Below, piece after piece: positions 1 to 13,754 of a stretch of 64,000 nucleotides of DNA. Source of the stretch: Pecten maximus (Eukaryota); the NCBI RefSeq assembly GCF_902652985.1, contig NC_047023.1:29946001-30010000 (forward strand), in the 5' to 3' direction. Numbering within the stretch: the first letter of the stretch is position 1; each line of letters starts with the position of its first letter. The position numbers and the translations under genes were made by a program. The notes below the pieces were generated by a model, which had not been told where the DNA came from, made no database searches, and saw only the letters and a program-made list of their open reading frames with translations.

Positions 1-560
1 ACAGGGGTACATGTGACGCACGATTTTACGAATACCACTATGTGGTGACACTCATCAGTATTGCAGAAAGTCTGAGATGTAGCTAATGAGCATGCCCATG
101 GTTTGTATAATTGGTAAAGCAATTGCTCTACATAGTGATGACAAAGAATGCGTGTCACGGTTTCAGAATAGTAACAGACGTGATCTATGTATGTGCAGTA
201 TAATAGTTTTGATGTCTCTCCCACACAATCACATCGCCTGAATTACATATATGTCGCCATAAAGTCGGTGTTGAGTACCATTTGAATGACTTTAGTATAT
301 TACAGCTTGGGATTTCTAACTTTCCGCATAGAGGTGAACAATCAACAAAAGGCCAAGAAGACAAAATACTTGTTAGATGGTGCAGATTGAAACTAAAGAA
401 AGAAAACCTAATTGAAAACCTAAGAGAAGATATCAGAATCCCTAAGGCAGTAGCCTCTTCTAAAACATGTTATGGGGACAGCAGGTACAAGGTTCACGCT
501 GCACTTGAACCTGTACCTGTTATACCTTGACAGGCCTCGGAACATGATTTGGCAACAACA

Positions 561-621
561 TATTGGAGCCGTACCGGTTATCTAACTCATCCGGGGTTAG
601 ATAACCGGTACGGCACCAATA
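561..621. repeat. Near-perfect 26-bp inverted repeat (hairpin) with 9-nt spacer
   Basis: TATTGGAGCCGTACCGGTTATCTAAC (561-586) and GTTAGATAACCGGTACGGCACCAATA (596-621) are reverse complements with 1 mismatch; spacer TCATCCGGG. Confidence 0.9.
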
Positions 622-1808
622 CATACAGTTTGTTTAAATACCAGTGGCTAACATAACATCAGAAGTCAAGGCGTGAGATTAGTTCTGGCTCGGGCTAGTA
701 TAAATTCTATATACAATATCACGGGGCACTAGATTGGTAACAAATATCATGTCTAATCTAGGGAATTCAGGTTTCAGACAACAGAGATCAAGTGAGATTC
801 CGTAACAATCATAAAACTTCTGTGTACGTACCAGTATATTTAGTCGGAATACTCAGGGGAATCTGGTTCAGGAAAGACCCAAACCTCTGGGCGAGAAACA
901 ACGCCGAATCGTTTAATTGCAGGCGGTGATGTAAAGATATTATATTCCTAAAGGAAACATTAACTGGCAAATGCAAATATGTCCATAATCGTATGAGCAT
1001 GATGGTGGAACGTCCAGAATATAGAAATACTGTCAGTGTAAACATGATCGGATTTGATATCGAATCTCTATTGTGAACCATTTGTATGTATAATTAGCGA
1101 TAGGTTACACAAATCGAGTCATATTAACATTCTGTTGTTGTACGGGTCAGCCTGCATAACGACATAAGCGTCTGGGTGGGAATACCACTCGTACTACAAT
1201 TAGCTTTAACGACACTCCAAATCGACAATCCAGCAATAATGAGGGATTTGCTTATAAATTACGTTTTATCGTGTTGCTCGTATACCGCACTACTGATCCG
1301 GATACACTAACATTTCCGGAAGGGATTACCCACAGGACAGCGAGACTATCAAACGGCAATGACGTGGAGTCTAGTACTCTCTCATGGATTCTAGCCATGT
1401 TGACGTATATTATACATGTAACGGTATCTGATTTGTTTATGATGTCACAATTATAGCGATAAAACTGTACATTTTATCTTACAAACGTGCAACTGTCGTA
1501 ATTTGAGCAGTAATAGGTATAGTGCCGCAATGTGGTTTGTTTTATTGCGTCACAGATCTAGACACAGCTAAATAAACTGTATGTGTCATAGCATATTGCA
1601 TAGTATTATACCATCGTTTTAGTAGTAAAATACATAGTGTCTATGTCACAGGTACAGTAAAGAGTAACATTAGGATGTCGATATTTCGCAAGGAAAGCGA
1701 AATATCTTTGCCTGAAACTGCAAATCTATATCGTAAACAGTTTGTCAATGGTCTACATATGTTATAGGTAAGAAAAATGCCAAGCCATGTACGGTGTATG
1801 CTTTAGTA

Positions 1809-2255
1809 GGGACCAACCAACCAACCAATTGTTTTTTCATAGACTTTAGTGTTAACGTTTTTGAGTATTTCATTCAAATTCTTGAGTTCAATATGACAAT
1901 TATGGTTTATAACAAAAGTTTAGGATATCATATAACACCTAATAAAAAAAATCTAATTTTCTCCAACGTAGCCATTTTGAAAATGGGTGAATTTCGCAGT
2001 AAAAATTCTCAAAAATCTGAAATGTTTACCTGTTAATTATTATTACCTGAACTTTTGGAAAAAAAATTCAATCGGACTTACGAAATTTATATCAACATTT
2101 CTTATGGATAGTTACCTATTAGGCTTCATATCTATTTTCTTACTTCATAACATACTGGCCAATCAGTGGCTGCCTGACATTTTATCCTTGGCTCAACTTT
2201 CTATACACAGGGGATGTTTCAAAAATCTATTTTTTTCGATTGGTTGGTTGTTCCC
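1809..2255. mobile_element. MITE (non-autonomous TIR DNA transposon), ~447 bp
   Basis: Left end GGGACCAACCAACCAA; right end TTGGTTGGTTGTTCCC (reverse complement GGGAACAACCAACCAA). TAGTA is repeated immediately outside both ends (1804-1808, 2256-2260). AT-rich non-coding interior. Confidence 0.7.
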
Positions 2256-5200
2256 TAGTAAATCAGAAATGCCTAGTCTTTCAGAAACGAGTATCATTTA
2301 ACGCATACCAAGATCAATGATAGTGCTTTCACAAATATGTGCAATACACTCGTTCATGCCGTTTTGTGTCAATTATTGATAAGTCACCATCGTCGGAGGC
2401 AACTAATGTGGGATACCCTGCAGAATCGATTGTTTTCGTCTGTCTTCTCGTTAATAAATACATATTCAATAGTCAACACTGTCACCACTGCAACATTTTG
2501 GATTATTTGTATTTTCATTTCATTTATCCTACTAATAATATCTTCTGCATTACAGTTGGTGATGTACTTTCAGACACCCGTTGACACATGCAACCATAAA
2601 TCCTGAACAAACACACACAGACGACGGGTAGAAAAATCATATACGAAATATCAAACATTCTTGATCATTAATTAATATTCCCTTTGCTTCAAATTATTGT
2701 TGTGAATTAAATAACTCAGGATTACTTGGATTCTGCTATGTTTTCCTGAACGGGTTTCCTTGAAATAAACATTCCGACTTTAATCGAACTACCCTACAAT
2801 TAGTTTCCCCCTGAGATTTTCAAATATTTGGTTTCATTAAATGAATTTTCAACAGATATTTTTCAAATGTCAGTACGGGAATGATTACTGACATTAGCGC
2901 AGACTAGCGAGTGTACTATTAAACATCAAATACATGGTTATTTGTTACCAGTTGGTTTGATCAGAGATAAAATATTTTTTTTTAGATGCAATGAATCTAA
3001 AAACGCTGGAAGAGTTTGTGATTTTAAGATGAGTTTCCATCAGTTCTTTTGATTAATCGTTCCATCCCGCTTGTTCTTGCATCCGCTTAGCCGACAGCTA
3101 GATCGGCCATGTTGTGCCTATCTTTCATACAGAAGTCAGTGATGTATGGGAGGAAAACCAATATTTAACAATAACATTGTAATTGCAGAGATTCTGTACT
3201 TTTGAAATGGAGGCATGCTCGTTATGATGACAAAACTCCTGTCCGTGTTAACATGTGCCGTCAGGTACACGCCGTTGAAATAAAACAGTATACAGTAGAC
3301 CCATTAATCATTATTGGTAACGCACATTGTTAGAACTCTTCTTACAACTGGTTCATGATTACCATCATTATCATTTTCCCAATATAAACAGAAAATATAT
3401 AATGATATATTAACATAAAAATTAATAGTACATCCACAGTAAGGCTAGTTTAAGTTAAACAAAATTTACTGCAAGAATCTTATAACTATTTCACAGGTCT
3501 GATATGTATCATTCAAAGAGCTTTCAATACAAAAAAGCATTTGCCCACTTACAATTTCATGAAATATCGACATTGCCCAGGGCGCAAACATGTCAGATAT
3601 GTTCTTCATTTTACTTGTGAACGTCGATTGTTTTGTTTTCTGTTTGTCATTCGTTGCGTAGAAAGTTTTGATGTATAGGCTAAATATTTTTTGTTCATAA
3701 TAAAAATAATTTGCATTGGAAAAAACATACATCATAAGGAGTCATTAACGTTAACATCTGTATGACAGGCTAATTGTAAATTATCGCTTAGGTCCATTTA
3801 AGCATTCATCAATTAATAAATCGGATATATAATGACAAAACACGAACATACCTCACCAAAAATCATACATTTTCGTTTTCTAAATCATTAATTATTAATT
3901 CAGTTGGAAATATAAGATTGATGTACGATTTTGTTCTTGCGAGCTAGCAATCGGAGAGTTATTTATGTGTTAAAGGCCTAAGCAGGATTGTGTGACATGG
4001 GTAATCGGGATATACAATGTGTCATAACGCTACGATTAGGTAAACAACCACTGTTCATCTGAAATAATGGTCATGATCAAACCAAATTTAAATCAACGTT
4101 ACACTTGAATCCCGCGAAATGCATTCGTGTATCTTTGTCTGACAATCATCATGATGTATGTCGCAAATCCACACGCAACGGGAGAGTTATTACTAACACA
4201 AAAACTTCTTACAAAAAGTCAGTAAGATTGAAACACTTAGGTCGGTGACATAAAGTTCCAATCACTTGGGATGTTGAGGTAATAAAATACTAAGCTAAAA
4301 CTCAATTAAAATTTGATATCACCCACGGCAAGTTCGTAAACTGAGTATGCATATGACGGGCTATGCACGTGGAACACTAATTGTTTTGGAAGACATTCTA
4401 AACTGCCGTGTAGTTAAGACTATACATTCAATACATATGACTGCATATGAACCCGTGTAAACTGACTCATTTTTTCATCATTTTTTACATAGCATTGGAC
4501 GACGTCGTGATGGAATAACACACAAATTCAGGAATGAAACTGAATTTTTTTTTTTTTTTTCAATAAATCTATCATAAAACACACCATTTGATATTCTAGC
4601 TCGTGAAAGGCTCGCTTTATGAAAATGTATTTAATACTCACTTTAAAAAAACCACGCTTGAACTCTTTGAACATCTCATGTATATATTGATTAGTCCTAA
4701 CGAGTTTAATTAGATGCAATGAATAAATAAAGGAAGATAGCTATGATATTTCAAATAATAAATGTTAATGGCAACAGGAGTTTAAACACAACAAGACAGA
4801 CTATTGCCTTGGTTTCCCTCGTGAAATGGATAATAAAATGTCTGACAATAAAACAACAGGCGCCCAGGTCATTCGGAAACGTAAATGTCCCATGAGCTTT
4901 TCAATCGAAGATAATACATTTTTAAACTGACATTATCTGTTACGGAACCCACTATAAACACAGCCCATAAGGTTCTCTTAAATCGGAAAGTAGATAAATA
5001 TTTCCGTTTCTTACGAGAACTTATCAAAGAAATATCTTGATTTTTGTAAATGTTGCGAAACATTTTTGGTTTTGTTGTCTGATAGAGGCGCCATCAGGGA
5101 CCTGTGGCGGATTGTGCGCACTTGCTGAACGAAAAGAACGGGCCGCCTTGCACGAGAATTTCGTCCCAAGAGACCACGATGGGTCGTTTACCACCTTTTC

Positions 5201-5384
5201 ATGTCCCTTTCATGCAAATGTCCAAAATAACGGCGTTTCTTTGCCAAGAAACACTCTGTGTCTTTATCGATAGACATGACGACGTGCATCTTCTCTCTGC
5301 ATAACCTGAACTGGCAATCGGAAGCTACTCATTAAGCTAAACTTTATATTGTCCCAGACAACTCATACGACAAATTTTAATATT

Positions 5385-5686
5385 GTGCGCGATAACACAA
5401 TCGGTTAGAGCACCGGCTACGTTATCTCAGGTGAAGATCCGAGGTGCGTGGTTCGATGCTCCTTACTCGTGTCGTTATGTGTCTTCTCGGGAACTTGAGA
5501 AACAGGCTGGTTTGTGTATTCTGATTGTGTTCTTGGGCAAGACACTTTACCCTTATTGTTCTTGATGGCATGCGAAGGCTCCTACATGCTGTTCATTTAT
5601 GTAGTCACCAACTACTTCAATGTCATTTCGCCTCAAAATGGCCATTACGGTCCACGGAGCATAAACGCAACAAACAAGCGATAAAC
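5385..5686 (+). mobile_element. tRNA-derived CORE-SINE, diverged near-full-length copy
   Basis: tRNA-like head GCGCGATAACACAATCGGTTAGAGCACCGG (A-box-like) and B-box-like GGTTCGATGC. CORE-type segment TTGTGTTCTTGGGCAAGACACTTTACCC, then a CAAA-rich tail. Aligns by eye with the inverted copy at 58672-58904. Confidence 0.75.
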
Positions 5687-6249
5687 TATATAGAAATTTC
5701 ATGCGAGGTTGATATCATTCCAGGAAATCATTATTTTAAGTGAAACATGTATGATACACCCTATGTCTGCATTACACTAAAGAGTGTACATGTATGTGTA
5801 CCTTTAATCCGCGTGTATGACAGTTGTGGCTTTTTTAGCCTCTCTATAAACCTGCGGGTACGAGTAATGATTAATGCTGCTCTAGTTATTCTCTTGCGTT
5901 CATTATTATTTCAATTTTCAAGAGGATTTCAATGTTTACATTGCAATGATTATTGTATGTTGCGAATATCAAATGCTAAGATCACTATCTTCATTGCTGT
6001 ATGTGGTAGTAATATCACTGTCTTGTACATTTTCTTTTATTCATTACCATATACCTCGATGACATTAACATATCAATTTATTAATATTCAGGAAAGTTAT
6101 ACAGGAAAAGTAGTACATATACATTGTATAAACTCACCAAATTGATCTTGGCGCCTTCCATTGAATGATTTTTATTGATTCTATGTCAGATCTTTTCTCT
6201 ACTTTTCCCTCGTTCTTTTCCTCTTAAAGATTTTGATAAAATGAACAAG

Positions 6250-6838
6250 TGGGGTTTACATATGAGTTTGAGACACATCCTTTCAGTTCTTTACGAGAAC
6301 AAAGTGATAACAATCTCAATTCTCGAGATACAAGTTGGCCGCCTGTCAGCTATTTTGAATTAAATTGGCATAACTAGGTACCAAGGGAAACCTTCTCATT
6401 ACGTTTGAGGCATATCTCCAGTACTTTTTTTAAAGGGATAACCAACCTCAATTCTCAAAATCTAAGATGGCCGGTTGTCGGCTCTTTTTTCTGATCAAAA
6501 ATTCAAATTAAATTGGCATTGCTAGGAACCGATGGGAACCAAATATGTGAAGTTTGAAGAATATTTCAATAAAAAGCGATAGCAAACTTCAATTTTCAAA
6601 ATCCAAGATGGCTGCCTGTCGGCCGGTTTGCCTTTTCTGATCAAAAATCGAAATTGAATTGCCACAACTAGGGACAAAGGGGTCCATGCACATGAAGTAT
6701 GGGAAATGCTACATAAGAGGATTCAGAAATACCCCACCAGTACTTTCTAAGAAATAGCGATAACAAGGATTATTAACGGACGACTGACACAAGGCGATTT
6801 GAGTATTCCACTATCTGATGACGGTTGGCTAACAAAAA
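6250..6838 (+). mobile_element. Helentron-associated non-autonomous element (HINE/pearl-like) with internal ~130-140-bp tandem units, degenerate
   Basis: A unit containing CAAGATGGC.G..TGTCGGC...AATTGGCATAACTAGG recurs at 6331, 6463 and 6604. The end has an ACGGACGAC microsatellite remnant, a degenerate palindrome (TTCCACTATC TGAT GACGGTTGG) and an A-run, matching the known bivalve HINE end architecture. The left boundary is approximate. Confidence 0.65.
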
Positions 6839-7344
6839 CATTATTGTATAAAACAATACACCAATAACAGAGGCGTTCGACATTCATTACCAATTTTATC
6901 CAGTCTTTTTTTCATATTTTCGGTAAAAAAAACCCACTAAAATTCACATTGCATTAAACGTATTTAAACCCAGATCGCTAACTCATTGAATACCGTGTAC
7001 TCTCTCATCCTACATGATATCCCTTCCCTTTGCGTCGCTTTTAGTTTCTCGGCAATTTTATTGGTACTTAACTTAGATGAAGAATTTAGCAAATGGGTTA
7101 TTTCCTGTTTGAGCAAACACTTTGAAGACAATAAAAAGATAATCTCGTCGTGTTTCCTAGGTAACAGTCCCTTCGTTGTAACTTTTACAATTTAACTGTT
7201 AGGTCAAATCATTTTAAATTCACCCACATATTTTGTGTTGCAATTCATGCATATACACTGTCCTGGTTGGTTTGTATACACTGTAATTTGTTTTTAATTT
7301 CAAATGAAAATGGCTTATTTTGTGCTTATTTTATAACTGAATAT

Positions 7345-7510
7345 TTTTTGTTGACATTTGATTTTAACTGATTTGTATTGACATTTGACTTATATCGTTT
7401 CGTTTGTGTTGATATGTGGTTTTAACTGCGTAATTTGTGTTGATATTTGATTTTAATGGTTAGTTTATGTTGCCATTTGACTTCAAGTGGATAATTTGTG
7501 TTGACAATTA
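7345..7510. repeat. Degenerate ~31-bp minisatellite, ~5.5 copies
   Basis: A TTTGTGTTGACATTTGATTTTAACTG-like unit; the TTGA(C/T)ATTTG core recurs near 7351, 7378, 7409, 7440, 7470 and 7501. Confidence 0.75.
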
Positions 7511-10500
7511 TCTCATTAATTCAGATTTTTTGTTCTCCGTATCTTCCTATTGAGTATTCATTATACTTTTTATCTATTTCCATTGAATTTGAACTATGAC
7601 GATAATTTGAACATTTCTAAATGAATCAGTTTTCAGGCTACGAATTTTTGATAAAGAGGAAATAATTTTGAATTTCACTATACATTCAAAACAGTGCATT
7701 GTGTATAAGAATTCACCATTAATATATGATTATGTCACAGAGCGTTGTAATGTATTTTCATTAGGTTCTTCAATAAACGCGGATACAAATGTACGTCTAA
7801 TCTCTTTCATATTATCCAGAAATAACATATTGTATACGCTTGGAATCTTTATCATAGCCATTTTTCATATGACTTTATCAGCTTTTCGGAAGAACGCCTC
7901 TATCAAACATTTACCTATTCAGAATCTCAGTTAATACATTTCACAAACAGTATCAAGTCTCAAATCCAAAATGTCCGCATTTATTTCGTTCAAGATTTGG
8001 AAATCTTTTGATGTTTTCAATTCAATGAAGTACATAAATGTTCCTGTACTCTGTAATCGATACGTCAAAATCACCGAATCACGTGATCTGATATCTACCA
8101 GCTAACGAAACCCTGACGTCAGACAATAGATAGACATTTGTAATTGTATGTTTTCACTAACAGATACATTCGGAAACATTGCTTATACGCCGAGCCGGAA
8201 TACACACTGTGAGCCGATATTATCTGAATCGGTCTGACCGGATACGCCTTTACGAACACATTGAATAAGCGACCTAAGGACACTGTTGACTCGCCATTGT
8301 TCAAGTATATTACCCAATGGAGTTCCTGTGTTTGTCGTGAACGGGCGGATAAAATGGTTTGGAATCAATGGCCGGTACAGAAGACTAGATAAGGCCTCCT
8401 ATTGACGGATTCGCCACATCAGAAGGATTCCTGACTTCATGCATGCCTAGTATATTTTGTAAAGCGATAGAAACTCTGACAGACACAATCAATTTAGAAA
8501 GGTTTTAATGCTGATATATCCACCTACTGTAAGGCACACACAATGCCCAAAAGGTTTTTTTCTTCCCAGGTGCTTCAAATTTAAGCTTTAACGTCTTAGA
8601 GACGATCTGATTTATTATTTTAAAGTCTTTCCAAATCATTCCATAAATTCCTTTCCTTGTTTTGCAAAGAACATAAACATTGTTTTTATAAAAAAAAATA
8701 GTTTGGCCTTAAAGTCGTACCTGTATGATTACAATTTTAGCCTTACATCCCATGGATTTGAGATAACGATATTAATTCGTTCACGAAAGGATCCGTACTG
8801 CATATTTATGTAGGAAAATGATCAGTTACGACCATAAGGAAGATAATCATCATTCATTCCAACATTACAAATGCGAAACGACGATACTAATATAATATCA
8901 AGAATGATAAATGTTTTATTTAAATTATCAATTTATTTGAAACGGACGAACGGACAGCTATACGTGATCACCTGAACATCTTGTACGTCATACAGGCCCA
9001 ATGTATCCCCATTTGTATGTATATATGTAAACGTTATGTGGTTTATGATGGTTGAGGTTATTCCCGGCCCCCGGGATACCGAAGGGAGTTGTTACGTAAC
9101 GTGAACAATAAACAGTCCCACCTGACGCCATGCACATCGTTTGTACATAATCCCTTATGTCTTTCGCACGATATTGAAACTCGATTCCCTCTCTCGGAGA
9201 AACATGTTTGCCAGCTACAAGAGACTGTTGTCTATTAGCCAAAGATAAGTCATATCTGCAATTCGATTTTAAAGGGAAACTTGTCTGGAGATGGGCATTA
9301 ATGTCCGTCATTTCCCAATATAATACAATTGTCTATTGTTTCAATCTAATATTAAATTCACCAGTAGGATGTATGATTAAGATTTATGAGTCTTCCGGCG
9401 TGACATGTTCTAATACATCTTTGGAATATCAGCAACACAATATGTAAAGCATGCTGCATGTCTTGTGATTTGTCGTTTGGGCTTACCCTAGAGAGACCAG
9501 TACCTCTCCATACCGACATATTGATGGTATGTCAAATCATTTCGTCTCGACTTTATGAGTTTTGATTTGGCAAATGACAAACTTTATATAGACTAAATTG
9601 TCTTTTCTTGCATGCATATTACATTTTTTATCATGCAAAACATCTGAATGTCTCTCTGGCGTCCTGACTTGCGTTGATGAAATGATGTAGGAATTGCACC
9701 ATTCGTATTCAAAGTTATCATTGTATTTTACTAAACGCTTATATTAAATTTCCATTAGTACGTAATTAGGACAATGCTGGAAGGGTAATTAGATAATAGT
9801 ATCCTTGGTGCAGCAAACCCCGAACCGTATTGAATCCGGAATTCGGGTTTGGGATTTGAATTGATGTACACAATGAAGATGGAACGTGTCGTTGCTGTGA
9901 AGACTTAGATTTAAATGAATGTGAGAAAGAAATCTACAGGGTACTGAATCCAATTGGTCCGCACTTCGGTCCACGATAACAAAGAGTTCATTTGAACTTC
10001 AGATTTTACCGAAGAATTTACAAAGACGGTATGCGGTGTATACAGCACCAGAGGGAAACTACAGCGACTTTAGGTATCAAAAAGTAGATTAGCTAAACGA
10101 TTATTAAATTTGCCTTTAAATTTACTTGAAATGAAAGAAAAAAAATCGAAACAAATTAGTAGGAATGATATGAAATAGTTTTTTTTACTATTTCCGACAA
10201 TACAAGTCGGCTTTCAATCTCATGGAAATTTCGCTTTTTTGTTGTTACCACAAAGTGTATATATAGAAATAACATGTCAGAAAAAATATTTATCAGCATT
10301 AGAAATAGACATCTGCTAAACGTGTTTCGGAAAAAGCTGAAATTTCGTTAATGTACGAATGCATGAGATTGTTAATGGGATTATAATGTATTTATCCGTG
10401 CATCTGAAATGGAATGAAAGATAGTAGGTACTGAATCAACATCTTAATCCAATCAAAGGAATCTCTGTATACAGCTATGGAAAGCGATTTACAAAGGAAC

Positions 10501-13500
10501 TTAATTATTTATTCATAAGCGATGTATGGCAAGCAATAACCCCACAATCACACAAATAAAAACATGTATACACTAATTAATTGGAAAGGTAGTGGTCAAA
10601 TGATGTAGGATATCTTTATCAATTATTAAAAAGAGTGTTGCGAATCAATTTTGTTTGTTGCTTGAGATGTTGTGACAGATACAGCTAGTTAATAACAAAT
10701 TACGGGTATTTATTGTTGTACCTGTAAACAGACAAAACGTACACTGTATATTTATAGATCCTGAATATTAACATCTGTGAAATTTGTTTGTGGGACTAAC
10801 TGAAGCTAAAGGTGTATGAAGAAGTATATTCAATTTTATAATCCTTAGTTTAAGTTACAGATAATGTTAAACACAATGCTGAGTTACACTGTACATTGAT
10901 ATCCCATTGAATGTTCGGGCGTTAACCCGATCCTTTCAAAAAAAGATTATGTACCGCTATGACCCACAAACTTATACATTGACATTATGACAAAGTGGAA
11001 AACAACCTGACTGGTAAAATGATTGTTTAGGATACAACGTATTAAACGAATCAAACAGGATACAAATAAGATTAAAAATATCCTTGAAATATCAAACCTT
11101 ATACTTTGAATAAATTGTTTAAGTCAAAAAATAAAAATAAAAATGGATTGATTTCCAGAACTCGTTCAGATTTCACACCCATTCCTAACTCCCCAACATA
11201 TATACTTTTTGGATATTATTGTGTCCGAAAGGCACCAGATCATATAGAAATACAGACGAATTTGGAGAGGATGCTATTCTCATTCTTGAACATCAAAGAT
11301 ACTTCCACTAAGCATTAAGCTTCGTTACCATAAATAATGGTGTAGTTGTAAAGTCCCTCGTGACATCGTTGGCTACCAAACCTTTTAACGTTGTTTGCTA
11401 TAGCTTATCAATTTCCAACAAATTGCATTAATGTTGAATCATTTATTATTTTATGTTTTGTCTGTACGTATCTGATACACAATGCATATAATACACTGAT
11501 GGATATTAGTGGGTGTCACGTGGTGTGTTGTTTCCGGTAGCGATGATAAAACTGATGGCGGTGGAGTGATCTTGTCAACCATGTGCGCACATGCATGACC
11601 TCGGCCTGACACATGCTCATTAATTGTTTGAACACTTGAAACTCGATGAGCACCCAGCCATTCTAAAGACATCAAACGTGTATTAGAATGATTTAATGTA
11701 AATGTGTATAAAAGACAACTGACGACTAGGTCCTAGTTTCACAGAGACGCAGTCACGACAAGAGCTTGCGCTGGCGATACACATATCGATACGGGTAATG
11801 AATGTTTGTAGACAACTCCCTGAATTTTGCATATTGGTCAAATTTCTGTCACATCAAAGTTATCCATGTCTTGATTTTGTGTCTGTTTTATAGTCTTCTG
11901 AGCATCTGGATGTTTTAAAATAGGACCTGGTACATTTTTTGACATTTGATTTGACAAGAGTCTGCGTCATATATTACAATATCTGCACCAATCTATAATG
12001 AGAGAAATAGTTCAAAGAGGTTTGCCGGTGGTGCGAGGAAAGAAAAATCAACAGATGTGATAAACATAGTCGCGATGGATCGACACTAATAGAGTATTGA
12101 CTCAATTGGAGCATGTCATCAATTATCCTGGGCCACGTCATGATGATATCCGGCCCTCCTAACTACGCGTCATTTAACATTGTGTGAATCTACATATATG
12201 TTCATTCATCCCGTAAATGTTATTCAAATGGCTGTTTTCTATCGTTATGACACGCAAACGTACAAAATGTTTCTACAAAGACATTCAATAGACGGATGTA
12301 TCATTGATGAATTCATGATGGAATTATTGTTTTATTCATATAAATATAAAGCCGATACACTCTATAGTGTTGTTACTCTTCTGTGTGCTGGTTCTGAGTT
12401 TGGAGACACTGGTTGCTGTGCATGCCCATCAAAACAGACTGTTGCCTATTAGATATAGAATTGATCGATGCGCCATGGGATGATGATCTCTGCTGATATG
12501 TGATTTATATGAAGACGATTCCGACAGTTATGGTATATCAGTATATATGTTGGTCGGAATGTACACATTGTCGAGGAAGATAGTGTATCTATTCAACGGC
12601 AGAGCAATATGTACCCGACACTATTGATGAAGTAGCGGAACCGTTTGCCGTCATATACCTTTACAATGGTATAATGCAATGAATCCTTGATCTGATGGTC
12701 TCGCGACTCTCTGTATCTTCACAAATCATATTTTGGTCGGTAACTACCTAGATATGATATGTATATATGGACACTTCATAGACTGATCAGTACACGTGAC
12801 CCACAGTCTAGCCTTCTAATGAATGTACTATCCATTGGGTTGTACATTGTTCATGTCAGCAATCTCGTGCTCATCAAACATAGATGTCAAACGTCTATGT
12901 AATCTATTGAACCATGACGGGACGTTGACCATTACCGGAGAGGTGCGTTTTTTTCTTTCCTCAACTGTCTGGTAGATTGATTTTCCCATACACGCATTGA
13001 CTGATACAGTAGTGTCATGTTTTGACCAACTTAACCACAACGATTAAAAAATTAAAACAAAAATTGAACGAACATTAAAGGCCCAAGACTTTAACATGAA
13101 CAGAACACTCAGAATATAGTCGTGTTCCTGACTGCAAAGCTCAACATTTTCGCAACCTTGTTTGTTTCAATAATAGATCAACAAAATACAACACCCAGTT
13201 CAACAGGTCACGTTTGTATCTGTTGTTGGGTTTAAAAAATCGTAGGTAATAGAGACATTATTCAAAAAGCAAAAAAATCATTTTATAACGATCTGTTAAC
13301 GCTACGAACATACCAAAGCCGCCCAATATACACATATATTCACAATATGCAAGCAGCATCCACACATGGAAGGCAATCCTAAAATGATGATCTACGCAAA
13401 CAATAATGAAAATATAAAGACATTCAGACACAATCCATAAAGCATTCAAATAATAACAAATGCAACAGTTATGAACAATGTCATGGATCTTTTATAAATT

Positions 13501-13515
13501 AAAGTCTTCTTTACT

Positions 13516-13645
13516 NNNNNNNNNNNNNNNNNNNNNNNNNNNNNNNNNNNNNNNNNNNNNNNNNNNNNNNNNNNNNNNNNNNNNNNNNNNNNNNNNNNNN
13601 NNNNNNNNNNNNNNNNNNNNNNNNNNNNNNNNNNNNNNNNNNNNN
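13516..13645. other. Assembly gap (130 N)
   Basis: Run of N characters. Confidence 1.
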
Positions 13646-13754
13646 TTTATTTATTTTGGGTTGACATGCCTTCTTGCTTAAATCTAATCATTGGCGCGCC
13701 TGTATGTCATAGCTTTGTCCTTGTGGCTTATCAGACACTGCTCAATAATAAACG

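Noticed and set aside
20-62. Minus-strand CTGATGA plus hairpin as a hammerhead ribozyme
   Set aside because: The stem is followed by GTAAA rather than GAAA, and stems I and III cannot be formed.
5385-5465. tRNA gene (likewise ~55575-55661)
   Set aside because: The A/B boxes continue into SINE body and tail with no proper cloverleaf, so these are SINE heads.
9056-9100. Short GC hairpin (TCCCGG-CCC-CCGGGA) plus GTTACGTAAC palindrome as a Helitron end or terminator
   Set aside because: The stems are short, there is no CTRR end at the expected spacing, and such features are expected by chance in 64 kb.
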